NCBI RefSeq assembly: GCF_004010195.1 | Contig: NC_057718.1 | Coordinates: 14,580,455-14,644,454 of the forward strand | Length of the DNA stretch: 64,000 nt | Reading direction: 5' to 3' | From: Chiloscyllium plagiosum | Lineage: Eukaryota | Shown here: positions 28,290 through 39,717 of the stretch, one piece after another | How the letters are laid out: each line of letters begins with the position of its first letter | How positions within the stretch are numbered: the first letter of the stretch is position 1 | Made by a program: the position numbers and the translations under genes | The notes under the pieces: model-generated | Told to the model about the DNA's origin: nothing | Databases searched by the model: none | The model's input: the letters and a program-made list of their open reading frames with translations, nothing else

Positions 28290-28400
28290 TGGAGAAGCTG
28301 GTGTCGGACTGAAGTGGACAAAGTTAAAAATCACACAACACCAGCTTGTAGTCCAATAGGTTTATTTGGAAACACTAGCTTTTGAAGCACTGCTTCTACA
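28290..28400 (-). mobile_element. Penelope-like terminus (family 2), decayed
   Basis: aagttaaaaatcacacaacacc...gtccaataggtttatttggaa, as at 12842 and 45120. Confidence 0.6.
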
Positions 28401-29784
28401 AAATACTTTCAGATTTACTGTACACTGTCTCTATCCAGTGAAGCTCACTGTATATTGCCTGAAGGAGCTGGGGTTCACAGTATGCTTTTTGAACCCAGTC
28501 AGGGTCACTGCATACTTTTGTAATTCAGTGAAGTTCATTGTGTACTCCCTTCAGCTAGTGAGATTTACAATCTCCAATGTGCTGTGTCTTATACCTTTAA
28601 GAAGTAAATCTACCTTCTTTTCCCAGTGTGGCTAACATACATGACTCCAACTTCACTGTAATGTGGTTGATGACTGATTACCCTCCAAAACAGTCGAGCA
28701 AGGCACACAATTCAAGGGCAGTTAGGGATGGAAAACAAATACAGGCCTTATCAGTAACCCACATTCCAGGAAAGAATAAAGAAAATCCTGTGATCTCTAG
28801 CACCTCCAGCACCTGGGCCCTGCTGGTCAGTGACTGTGGCCCTGAAAGTGGTGTTAATTTAACAGGGAAAGGAGAAGCTCAACTCCTGCCATTCCCACTG
28901 GCTTCCTCTCTTCAGCAGAGCAGCAGGTTACAGAGCCGTGCTCTCGACTGACACTCGTCAATCCATTGGCCCCCTTCATTCTATTGGCTGTCCCTGAAGC
29001 CCTGAAGATAATGAAGAAGCAGCTCACTCGCAGTGAATCGAATTGATTTGAAAAGCCATCCTGTCTGATTTATTTGCGAGGAGGCGTTGTGTGTCTGAGC
29101 AAATAAATCTCTGGCCAGCGTCCAGCAACACAGACACAAAAAACTTTATTGGAATCCACTTCAATCCCTGGTTGATCAAATGCTTCCTGCTAAGAAGATG
29201 TCAGTGTAGTGACAGCACATCTCAAGACATCACTTCAACACTTGCTCGGTGACAGAGAATTCTTTCTTCTTTATAAATAATGCTTGAAAGTAACTCATTA
29301 CAACACTCCTTACCCACCTCATCAAGAGACAGCCAGTATCTCACTCCTGGCGTCAGTTTGATGTTGCTGGGCTCTCTGGTATTGAGGCCATGGACTTACA
29401 GTGTCTGGAACTGAGACTCCCTCCAGCTCAATCCACAGTGTATGAAGAAAGACTTGCATTTACGTAGCATCTATTTCTCAACCTCAAAGCTCATTTCTCT
29501 TCCGCACTGAAGTTGTTGCTGTAGCGCAGCAACCTTGTCAGCCATGCTGGAGTAGGTGAGGCCATTCGGTCCCTCAAGCCTGCTTCACCATTCAATATGG
29601 TCATGGCTAATTTGATTTCAGGCTCAGCTCCACATTCCCGATACTCCCAATAATCACCAACTCTCTCGTTAGTGAATGGGTTTGGTTAGCCCAGTTGGTT
29701 GGAAGTATGGCTTGTGCTGCAGAGTGACGCCAACAGCACAGGTTCAATACCCGTACTGGCTGAGGTTACCGTGAATCAGACTCC

Positions 29785-30103
29785 CTACAGTGCAGAAAGA
29801 GGCCATTCCTCCTGTCAAGTCTGCATCAATCCTCAAAAGAGCATCTCACCCAGTCACAGCTCCTTCCCTATTCCGTAACCCTGCATACACTCAGCCTGCA
29901 CACCCGAGACACTATGGGCAATTTAGCATGGCCAATACACCTAATGTGTACACCTTTGGATTGTGGGAGGAAACCAGAGTAACCGCAGGAAACTCACAGG
30001 GAGAACATGCAGACTCCACACAGACAGTCACTCAAGGCTGGAATCGAACCTGGGTCCCTGGCGCTGTGAGACAGCATTGCTAACCACTGAGCCACCATGC
30101 CGC
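29785..30103 (-). mobile_element. HE1-type SINE inserted into an older tRNA-type SINE (about 29680-29775, 30110-30194, 30956-31015)
   Basis: Reverse complement of the HE1 head and V-domain. Confidence 0.8.
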
Positions 30104-30257
30104 TCTACGGTGCTGTCTTCACAACCTTGCTCCTTGCCTGAAAAGTGAGGACCCTTAGGTTAAACTCATCATCAGTTGTCTCTCTGTAATGAGATTCTGG
30201 ATTAGTGGTGCTGGAAGAGCACAGCAGTTCAGGCAGCATCCAAGGAGCTTCGAAATC

Positions 30258-30285
30258 GACGTTTCGGGCAAAAGCCCTTCATCAG
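30258..30285 (-). ncRNA. Minimal hammerhead ribozyme motif with intact core (sense to the SMYD3 pre-mRNA)
   Basis: Minus strand CTGATGA-A-GGGC-TTTT-GCCC-GAAACGTC: conserved core, perfect 4-bp stem II, palindromic ACGT stem III and GUC cleavage triplet. Confidence 0.7.
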
Positions 30286-30830
30286 GAATAAAGGCAGTGA
30301 GCCTGGAGCGTGGAGAGATAAACTAGAGGAGGGTGGGGGCGGGGGAAAGTAGCATAGAGTACAATAGGTGAGTGGGGGAGGNNNNNNNNNNNNNNNNNNN
30401 NNNNNNNNNNNNNNNNNNNNNNNNNNNNNNNNNNNNNNNNNNNNNNNNNNNNNNNNNNNNNNNNNNNNNNNNNNNNNNNNNNNNNNNNNNNNNNNNNNNN
30501 NNNNNNNNNNNNNNNNNNNNNNNNNNNNNNNNNNNNNNNNNNNNNNNNNNNNNNNNNNNNNNNNNNNNNNNNNNNNNNNNNNNNNNNNNNNNNNNNNNNN
30601 NNNNNNNNNNNNNNNNNNNNNNNNNNNNNNNNNNNNNNNNNNNNNNNNNNNNNNNNNNNNNNNNNNNNNNNNNNNNNNNNNNNNNNNNNNNNNNNNNNNN
30701 NNNNNNNNNNNNNNNNNNNNNNNNNNNNNNNNNNNNNNNNNNNNNNNNNNNNNNNNNNNNNNNNNNNNNNAGGAATAAAGGCAGTGAGCCTAGCTTATCT
30801 CTCCACGCTCCGGGCTCACTGCCTTTATTC

Positions 30831-30858
30831 CTGATGAAGGGCTTTTGCCCGAAACGTC
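30831..30858 (+). ncRNA. Minimal hammerhead ribozyme motif with intact core
   Basis: CTGATGA-A-GGGC-TTTT-GCCC-GAAACGTC. Confidence 0.7.
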
Positions 30859-32024
30859 GATTTCAAAGCTCCTTGGATGCTGCCTGAACTGCTGTGCTCT
30901 TCCAGCACCACTAATCCAGAATCTGGTTTCCAGCATCTGCAGTCATTGTTTTCACCTCTCTGTAATGAGAAAGCAGTCCTATCGCCCTCTGGGACAATGG
31001 TGTCTTTATCATTTGGTCAAGAATCTATCTATTTCGGCACTAATTATGATTGGGGATGATAGGGGAAGCAGGTTTCACTGGCCCAGAACCCTCAGAATAA
31101 ACATTTCCCTTTCCTCCAAATTATACGGGAGACCCTGTATTTTAAACTGTGTTGCTATGTTCTGGTCTCTCCCACAAGGGGAAACATCCTGTCCATAGCT
31201 ATGCTGTCCAGACCCCTTAAGATCTTATATGTTTCAGTAAGCTCACACCTCATACACAAGCCCCCACAAATGTCAATGTGATAATGACCAGATGATATGG
31301 GGTTTATTTTAGTTCATACTCCGGGAAGAAGTGACCTGCTCCTCTTTGTAATAGTACTGTGAGATAATCTATTATGGAGAGAAAGATATATCATCTTTTG
31401 CAATCACTAGCTGTCCCCAAAGTGTTTTACAGCCAGTTAAATACTTCTTAAAGTGCTGCTGCTGTTGTAGGATATTCAGCAATTGATTATGATACAGTAA
31501 GATCTAATAATTGCCACATCAGCCTTTTTACATTTTAAAAAACAGCACTCGTGACAAAGCAGCACCCCCTCAGTGTCACATGGGGGTATCGGTCTATCCT
31601 GAGGTCTCTAGAGTGGAACTTGAACCCATAACGTCCTGATACAGACGTGAACCACGGCAGACACAACATCAAATATTTATAATCAAAAATGAAAACGATG
31701 GAAAAGACTTTCATCACATCAACTTGAGGGCGGGATGTAAACTCATTTTTCCCGTGAGCAACAACATTGATGAATCCTGACCCACAACACCTCCCACTCT
31801 CCTTCCCTGACATTACAACCTGTTCCAGCATCGCACTTTTCCAATGCAAGAGTCAATAAACGATTGTTTAAGCGTTTAAGGCCTAATGCAACAAGACACC
31901 GGAGCCAATGGAACAGGTGAAGTGGCCTTCAAACAGAATTAAGCAAAGCTGTGGATAAAATGTGAACACAAGAATCAGGAACCTTGACACGACCGACTCC
32001 CCAAGTAACTCAGACATAACAAAC

Positions 32025-32135
32025 CTTGTCGGCTGTCTCACATCGTACACAATCACATGTAAAGCAGTACTGCGTCTCTAACTGTCTCCGACGTTCTGGA
32101 CTTGTGGCCATCACATCAATGTAACTAATGGTCAG
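32025..32135 (-). CDS. SMYD3: SMYD3-like internal coding exon (111 bp; ~exon 8): LTISYIDVMATSPERRRQLETQYCFTCDCVRCETADK
   Basis: Polypyrimidine tract TTTCCTTCTGCCCTCCAG|CTGACC...GACAAG|GTTTGT. Phase 0, in frame with the previous exon. Supplies the (EE)LTISY catalytic Tyr motif and the post-SET CxCxxC zinc ligands. Confidence 0.93.
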
Positions 32136-33014
32136 CTGGAGGGCAGAAGGAAACACAAACAGTTGAGCCTAAACATTAATAACTAACATTTCTTATTATC
32201 TAAAATAAAATCCAAGTTGGGGTTAGTTGCCAACATCCTGCAATCCATCTGCAAGCTGACATCTTGTCCTACAGAGTGGTGCTAGATTACCATCTACATG
32301 TCAGATGTAGTTCATTCTGTGTTCATTCACTAAACACAGCTCTTCTATTTAGGACTGGTGTCCCATGGGGATCTGCACTCAAACAGAGACCAGATTGCCT
32401 TTTCCCAACCTTGTCCTTTCGGCACATTTATCTTGGGAGTGGAGTCCCGCCCGTGTCTGGGGAAGACTGGACCTGCTGACGAAGACAAGAACTGTTGGGT
32501 TACACTCCTGGAAGTCCCAATATACCATATGCCAAACTATTAAAGCATGGAAATCTGTCAGGATCATGATTGTAATGGTGGAGTGGGCTCAAAGGACCAA
32601 ATAACATAGAAACAGAGAAATTAGGAGCAGGAGTAGGCCATTTAACCCTTCAATCCTACAGCTGTATTCAGTGTGATCATGGTTGATCATCCAACTCAGT
32701 CACCTGTTCCCACTTTCTCCCCATACCCTTTGACCCTTTAAGCCTTAAGAACTATCTAACTCCTTCTTGAAAACATTCAATGTTTTGGTCTCAACTGCTT
32801 TCTGTGACAGAGAATTCCACAGGCTCCCCACTCTCAGGGTGCTACCTCAGAAATATATTTTTTTCCCTAAAAAAGCTCGCAGATTCCCCTTAGTTCAACT
32901 CTCAGCGTGTCAGATTGAATAACAGTTATCATAACACAACAGCAATCTGTACCTTCAATTACTTTATTGCTGAGAAATGCGAATGATTGATTTAAGTGAT
33001 TGAAAAACATAACT

Positions 33015-33790
33015 CCTTGAAAGTGGAGTCACAGGTAGGTAGGATGGTCAAGAGGGTATCTGATACGCTCGTCTTTACTGGTCAGAGTATTGAGTATAGG
33101 TGTTGGGGTGTCATTTTGCAACTGTACAGGACTTTGGTTAGGTCATTTTTAGAATACTGCATTTAATTCTGGTCTCCCTGCTATAGGAAAGATGTTGCTA
33201 AACTTGAAAGGGTGCAGAAAAGATTTACAAGGATGCTGCTGGCTTGGAGGGTTAATGCTATAGGGAGAGGCTGGCCCATTTTCCTGGCTGAGGGGTGACT
33301 TTATAGAGGTTTATACAATCAAGAGGAGCATGGATAAGGTGAATAGCTTAATGTGTTTCCGTGCTGTACAGCTCTATGACATAGAGAGAGAATTGCATTT
33401 ATATAGCACTTTTCATATCCACTGGACATGTCCTAATGTTTTACAGCTAATAAACTACTTGGGAAGTGTAGCTGCTGTTGTAATATAGGGGAGTTCAAAA
33501 CGAGAGGGTACAGGTTTAAGTTGAGAGGGTAAAGATTTAAAACAGACCTAAGGTACAACTTTTTCATGCAGAGGGTGGTGTGTGTATGGAATGAGCTGCC
33601 AGAGGAAGTGGTGGAGGCTGGTACAATTACAACATTTAAAATGCATCTGGATGGGTCTATGAATAGACAGGATGTAGCGAGGTGTGGGTAAAATGCTGGC
33701 AAATGGGACTAGATTAATTTAGGATATCTGGTTGGCATGGATGGATTGGACCAAAGGGTCTGTTTCCGTGCTGTACAGCTCTATGACATA
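33015..33790 (+). mobile_element. CR1 LINE 3' portion, decayed, containing a duplicated 117-bp block
   Basis: ctggtctccctgctataggaaagatgttgctaaacttgaaagggtgcagaaaag...ggaatgagctgccagagg and the CR1 3' UTR. Confidence 0.8.
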
Positions 33791-34384
33791 AAGAGAGAAT
33801 TGCATTTATATAGCACTTTTCATATCTACTGGACATGTCCTAATGTTTTACAGCTAATAAAGTGCTTGGGAAGTGTAATGTCGGATATGTGGAAGCCAGT
33901 TTGGACACAGCAAGCCCCCACTCACAGCAATGTGATAACGACTGGATAATCAGCTTCGGTGATGTTAATGGGATGATACGTATTGGTCAAGGCGCCAAGG
34001 ATAACTCCCCTAACTTTCTTCAAAATTGCACCATGCGATCTTTTACATCCCAACCAGGCAGATGGGGGCTCAGTTTTGATCTCTCCTCTCACAGCACAAT
34101 GTTTCTTTTAAATTCAGGGAAGAAACTTTCGGTGACTTTGTCTTACCATTCAGAGATCTTGTACTGTAAAATGTGCAAAACTTTAATCTGTTAAGCTGGG
34201 GCTGTGTTTATCTTCTCCTGTGTGGGATCAGTCAGAGGTTAATTGCTATCTGTGAAGGAAATTTGCCCTAGCAGCAGAGATTTGAAAATTTCTAGTTCTG
34301 GGTTACATGAAATCAGTATCAAAATCTGAATTGTCTTCCAGTTCTCATCTTTGCAGTTTGGACCTGTTTCAAGAGTGGAATGAA

Positions 34385-34687
34385 TCATAGAACCCCTACA
34401 GTGTTGAGTCCACATCAACCTTCCCAGGCTCACCTCCCTACCCTATCCCTGTATTTCCCATGGCTACTCCACTTACTATTCTCATCTCTGGACACTATGG
34501 GCAATTTAATATGGCCAATCCACCTGACGTCTTTGGACTGTGGGAGGAAACCGGAGCTCTCGGAGCGAATCCCCGCAGACTCGGGGAGAATGTGCAAACT
34601 CCACACAGTCACCTGAGGATGGAATCGAACCTGTGTCCCTGGTGCTGAGAGGGAGCAGTGCGAACCACTGAGCCACCGTGCCACCCA
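34385..34687 (-). mobile_element. HE1-type SINE
   Basis: Reverse complement of gggtggcacggtggctcagtgg...tgtggagtttgcacattctcccc. Confidence 0.8.
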
Positions 34688-34819
34688 AATGTGAGAAATG
34701 AATAGCTGAGTGCTGTCTGTGACGTGGCTGCAGCTTCTCAAGCACATCCCCTATATAAGAGACCGAGGCCATGCAGGAAGCCAGTATCACTAAGATGCAT
34801 GCTGGGATTTGGACATTGC

Positions 34820-35225
34820 ATATTGCACTCACCCTGGAGTCAGGAGGTCATGGCTCTAAACCCCACTCCAGTGACCTGAACTCCAACTCAAAGTTGACAC
34901 TCCAGTGCCACACTGAGGTGGTGCTGCACCGTTCTGGATGCTGCCTTTCTGAAGTTAAACCAAGGCCCTGCGTTCTCCCTCGGGTGGATGTAAAAGATCA
35001 CATGACACTATTACGAAGAAGTATAGGGAAGTGATGCACGTTGCCATAGCCAATACCCTTTGACTGACATCAAAGAAAATGTGATATTTGGTCAGTATCA
35101 CATTGCTGTTTGTGGGAGATTGATGTGTAAAAATTGGCTACTGTGTATCCTACATTCCAACAGTAACTACACTTCAATGGCTGAAAGCTAGGATGTCATG
35201 AAAGGTGCTACATAAATGCAAGAGT
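34820..35225 (+). mobile_element. Deu-domain SINE (SacSINE1/AmnSINE1-like); other decayed copies near 15620, 31260, 33800, 42430, 46290
   Basis: ggatgtaaaagatcacatgacactattacgaagaag...atcacattgctgtttgtgggag...aattggct...aaaggtgctacataaatgcaag, recognised as a Deu core plus tail. Confidence 0.65.
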
Positions 35226-35904
35226 TTCTTCTTAATACACCAGGGGAAGAACTGGCGCGGCTCTCGGCTCTTCAACAAACCACTGGTTCCCTTTTACGTG
35301 CCTGGCTTTCAGATTGTTCAAGCCTGGCCTCAGCTTCACCACTGCTGCAACAAAAGCTGAACGCAAGGTCATGCCAAGTCCTGAGGTGCTCACTGTAGAA
35401 ATCTCAACATCAACTGTATTCATAACGGAGGCTATAAAAGTTCAAAGGCAATGGGCAATGAGATACTGCTGTAGCCAGTCACAAAGCTGCCTGCAAGTCA
35501 GTCTATCAGTTTCCCTGCTTCTGTTGTGTGCATGTGGTGCAGGGCCAGGTAAAGGCACTGCTCAGGTTGTCCTTGACTGCGGGTGAGTAACTGCCTGGCT
35601 AGCTGCCACTGAGCACCTCATTATCCTGATAACAATGGTAACTTCAAAGGCTGCATGAATAGTTTACCGGGTGATTAAGGATAGGGTGATAAAGACAGGA
35701 AAGTGAAAAGGTACCTTGCCTCTTCCTCACCCAGAAAAAACAGCACTTTGAAGATGGATCTTGTAGAGAAAAACAAAACAAGGGCTTAACGTTTTAAAAT
35801 TCCATCCGAATCTTTGAGTTTTGCCATCACGGAAGCTTGCCTAAGGTCAAACCCAGCAGCGTGTGATAACAGCACTTCAGTCTATGAACACAGCGTCTTT
35901 AAAT

Positions 35905-36640
35905 ATTTGTTTGTGGGATATGGTCTCCGCAGGGTAAGTCCAATATTTATTACCCATCCCTAATTGCCCTCGAGCAGGCAAAGGTGAACCGCTTTCTTGA
36001 ACTATTGCCGTCCTTCGGTTGTAGTGACTTCCACGGTCCTGTTAGGAAGGCAGTTCCAGGACTGTAATCCAGTGGTGGTGAAAGAGCAGCAATGTACCTC
36101 CAATCCTGGTTGGTGTATGGCTTGAAGGGGAATTTGCAGTGGTGCTGTTAACCATGTCATTGTAGCCTTTGTCCTTCTAGGTGGTAAGGTTGCAGGTTTG
36201 GAAGGTGCTGTCAAAGGATCTTTGGTGAGTTTCTGCAGTGCATCTTGTAGATAGTACACACTAGTACTGCTACTGAACCTCAATGGTGGAGGGAGTGGTG
36301 CTTGTGGATGTGGTACTAAGCATGTGGGCTGCTTCACCTTGGCTGGCATTGAGTGTTGTTGGAGCTGCACTCATCCAGACAAGTGGGAAGTATTCCATCA
36401 CACCCCTGACTTGTGCCTAGTAGATAGTGGACAGGCTTTGGGGAGTCTGAAATTGAGCTAATTGCTAATTCTTAATTTCTGTCCTGCTGCTGCAGCTACA
36501 ATGTTCACCTCGCTGGTTCTGTTCAGTTTCTGGCTAATGGTAACCTCTAGGATGTCGATAGTAAGAAATTAAGCAATGATGATGCCATTGAATGTAAAGA
36601 GGTGATGGTTAGATTCTCTCCTACCTGAATTTGTCCATGT
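35905..36640 (-). mobile_element. Decayed LINE 3' region (CR1/jockey-group RT C-terminus), likely partner of the 15205-type SINE
   Basis: Minus strand encodes LSTI*AQVRGVMEYFPLVWMSAAPT...WNCLP-like motifs, with a 3' end shared with the SINE. Confidence 0.6.
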
Positions 36641-38896
36641 TTGTTGCAGATGGACATGGAATGTTTTAATATCTTAGGACTCTGAGGAAATCCTCTGACT
36701 GCTGCCTTAAATGGAAACATTAACCCACTTATAGTCAAAACAGTGGCCTGTGTGAATGTCATTCAAATGCTTCAACATGATGGGACCTCCTATTAACACT
36801 CCATCCACCCCACCCCCCTCAATCTGTCACTCGTCACTACAGTCGGCCTTTAAACATTGTTGAAAGGTGACAAGAAGGCAAAGCTTTGCACTCATCAGAA
36901 TGAAGACATGAGAAACAGACGTGAGGAAAGGGACACCATGAGAAAAGAGTGAACGATCAGCATGGAGGTGCAGGAAGAGCAGTGAACTGTCAATCTTAAT
37001 TCTCAGACCAGGGTTTGGTTGGGGATGCAGCAGAGATTGCCTCTCTCTATGTCCCTTTTTTGTCTAAAAAAGGTGCAATGTATCTACAAGTTTCAGTTGT
37101 CAATATAAAACAAGGTGCTGTGTAATTATGTCTGCAGCTTGTCGCAAATACATCACGCAGACAGCCCAGCTGATGACCATACATCAGATTCCATTGTAAC
37201 TCTTAGCAGATTATTTAGTAAATGACTTCCAATCCCAGAATCACAGCTAATGGTGGACATTCGTTTTTGGAGCTTGCAGGGTCTGGTGAATGATCTTTAC
37301 ACGGAAACAATTACTTTTGGCAAATCAGTGCGAATGGTCATGAGCCTGTTTAACGAAGCGTGCCGTGATGATCAGGAATACACGACCTGAAAGGGTAATG
37401 GGAGCAGATTCAACAAGAACTATCCAAAGGGAAGTGGATCAATGCTTGGAAAAGGGAAAATAGTAATCAGGGCTCTGGAGAAAGGGTGGATGGAGATACT
37501 AGGGAGAGAGAGACCTGGATAGTAATTTCAAAGACCTGACTTAAACACAGTGCACAGTATGACAGCCTCTGATGCTGAATGATTCTATGACGATTCCATG
37601 AGACACACTCCCCCATGAGGTCCTGGTGGAATTTAACCGTGATCGTGTGCACTGTTGTGATTGGGCCCATTTAGGGTCACATGATGGAGGCTCTGTTCGC
37701 ATTTCAGTTCAAATACACAGAGACCTCTGAAGATATTAATGACAAAGTATTGTTAATGAAAAGCCTTTCATCTCCAGGACAGTGGCACAGAGTTTTCACT
37801 TTCTTACCCGAAAACAAACTAACCAAACTGTTCGAACCATAGCTGGGTCATGTATAGGGAAGGAGTTTGCTTCCACTGTCTCACCCCCCCCTCACCAACC
37901 CTCCCCCCCCCCCCCCCCCCACATAGACTTGAGACCATTCCTGACCTTGGGAAAAAGGCCATCCTAAAAGGATGAGAGTTTCACTTGGCACAGTACTCGA
38001 GGACTTGCTGATGCTTATTCAGTTGCAACTTTGATGTTTATGGCACACGTTAGTCACCTTTGATCAGAAATGTAGGCAACAGAGATAATAGCCGAATTTT
38101 AAAAAAAAACACAAGGATGAGCATGTGACACAAATAACACACACAAAAAAAACCTCTCCATAATCTTACTCTGGGCACCTAAATAAAGGCAAAACTGTAA
38201 ACCCAGGATGGTTGTATTCCAAAGGAAGTGCGAGATCTGGGTTGAATAATGGTACATGACATATAGAAGATGCTGTTGTGGCTGAGATAGTGAAAACCAG
38301 TCTATACTGGAAACGCAGAGCTAGATTTCCTTCATTTGTGTGGATTATTACCCTGTGACACCTGTTTAAATTGAATGTTCACTCCCAGAAAGTGAGCGTG
38401 GGGCTATTTAATAAAATACACAGGAACGATTCTTCATTTATATGCTCTGGCCATTGTTGGTGCTGTTTCGGTTATTATTATTCATTGCCTGATGATTACT
38501 ACACAGCTCCTCACTGTTACTAACTCTATAAGGTCACCCCTCAACCTCCTGTGCTCCAGTGAAAAAAAACTCCAGCCTCTCTCAAATCCTCCAGTCCCAG
38601 CAACATCCTACTCAATCGTTTCTGAACTCTCTCCAATCTAATAATATCCTTCCTATAGCAGGGCAATGCAAGCTGTTGTTCTCAATGCCAAAGGTCATCA
38701 CTGGCACAGCCAGCAAAGGTAGAGCAAGAGGCCAGGAGAGGAGGCGTACAGGGATCAGGGAAGTTGTACAGTTGGAGGGGATTTCACAGGTGGGGTATTG
38801 TGGGGCCATAAAGAGGGCTGAATGGGACTTGGAGCACAAGTGCAGCAGAGTTCTCTCAACATGTTCATTTGCAGCTATCACCTCACAAGAAATTAC

Positions 38897-38999
38897 CTCT
38901 TCATCTGCTTGAATCTGTCGAATTGCATGAAGCTGGAGTTGTTTTCTGTCAAAGACAATGACACAGTTTGGGTCACAGCTGTGGTTCAGTAGGGACATG
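38897..38999 (-). CDS. SMYD3: SMYD3-like internal coding exon (103 bp; ~exon 7): (S)MSLLNHSCDPNCVIVFDRKQLQLHAIRQIQADEE
   Basis: TTTACAG|CATGTCC...GATGAAGAG|GTAATT. Contains the SET-domain NHSC(D)PN motif. The first base completes the split AGC codon from the previous exon. Lies within ORF 38612..39013. Confidence 0.95.
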
Positions 39000-39689
39000 C
39001 TGTAAAGATACAATTGTTTGCATTAGTTGGTTCTAATCTCTATATGCACTTCAGAATTCCTATCAGACAGATTGTCTCTGGAGACCATACAAAATCCCTC
39101 AAAAATATTTAGAATAACTTGTCATGTTGCAAGAAACCACAATCTTCCTGAATTCTGCATTCATGCCTCTATTATCCACATCATCAGTGAACTTCCCTTT
39201 TCCAGGTCAATGCTACAATGTGCAAAATTCCGAGTTTGCAACTGGCACTTAATTATCTCAGCATGGCCGTCCGAGAGAGCATTTAACACATTCTAAAGCT
39301 AATGGTTGGGTTTTGAGGTAAGCTGATTAAAATCTCTCACTGTAGTAGTTGCAGGGATGGTTCGCGAGGCTGGCAAAGTGAGGCACAGGCAGATGGCTTT
39401 GGAAGAAACAATCAATGCAGTGTTGAGAGATCAACCCATCAGGACTCAGCCAAAAGTGCAAATTCAAACTTCTGTAAATCCATCACAACAAGCACACAAT
39501 CTGTTGACAGTTTTGTTTCTCTTGGTCAATTCCTGTGTTCATCAACTTGCAGACCATTAGTACTGAGGAATGGGACAGGTTCTCACTTCTGAGGAAAACG
39601 TGAGGACTGCAGACGCTGGAGATCAGAGTCGAGAGTGTGGGGCTGGAAAAGCACAGCAGGTCAGGCAGCACCCGAGGAGCAGGGGAATC

Positions 39690-39717
39690 GACATTTCGGG
39701 GTAGAGCCCTTCATCAG
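39690..39717 (-). ncRNA. Minimal hammerhead motif, partly decayed
   Basis: Minus strand CTGATGA-A-GGGCTCTACCCC-GAAATGTC. Confidence 0.5.

Larger units (their letters stand above)
24520..28570. repeat. 30-bp minisatellite (consensus CCAGTGAGGTTCACTGTACACTGTCTCTAC), interrupted by TE fragments and a gap
   Basis: Units visible at about 24520-24775 and 25934-28288, with degenerate units at 28410-28570. It generates the 10-aa periodic pseudo-ORFs (SEPHWVETVY / YPVRFTVHCL). Confidence 0.95.
30195..30955. mobile_element. Fold-back Penelope-like insertion (family 1) with a 15-bp TSD and internal gap
   Basis: CTCTCTGTAATGAGA at 30180-30194 and 30956-30970. Inverted termini at 30193-30326 and 30790-30923. 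Confidence 0.8.

Noticed and set aside
24397..28635. CRISPR-like array, or a repetitive protein gene (SEPHWVETVY / YPVRFTVHCL ORFs)
   Set aside because: The variable segments are only ~10 nt and homologous to each other, there are no cas genes, and the context is vertebrate. The ORFs arise because the unit length is a multiple of 3; they occur on both strands and are frameshifted by 29/31-bp units.
38612..38896. Continuation of the SET-motif ORF beyond ...ADEE
   Set aside because: It is read-through past the GT donor at 38895-38896 into the intron, with no SMYD similarity, and it ends in a CR1 fragment.
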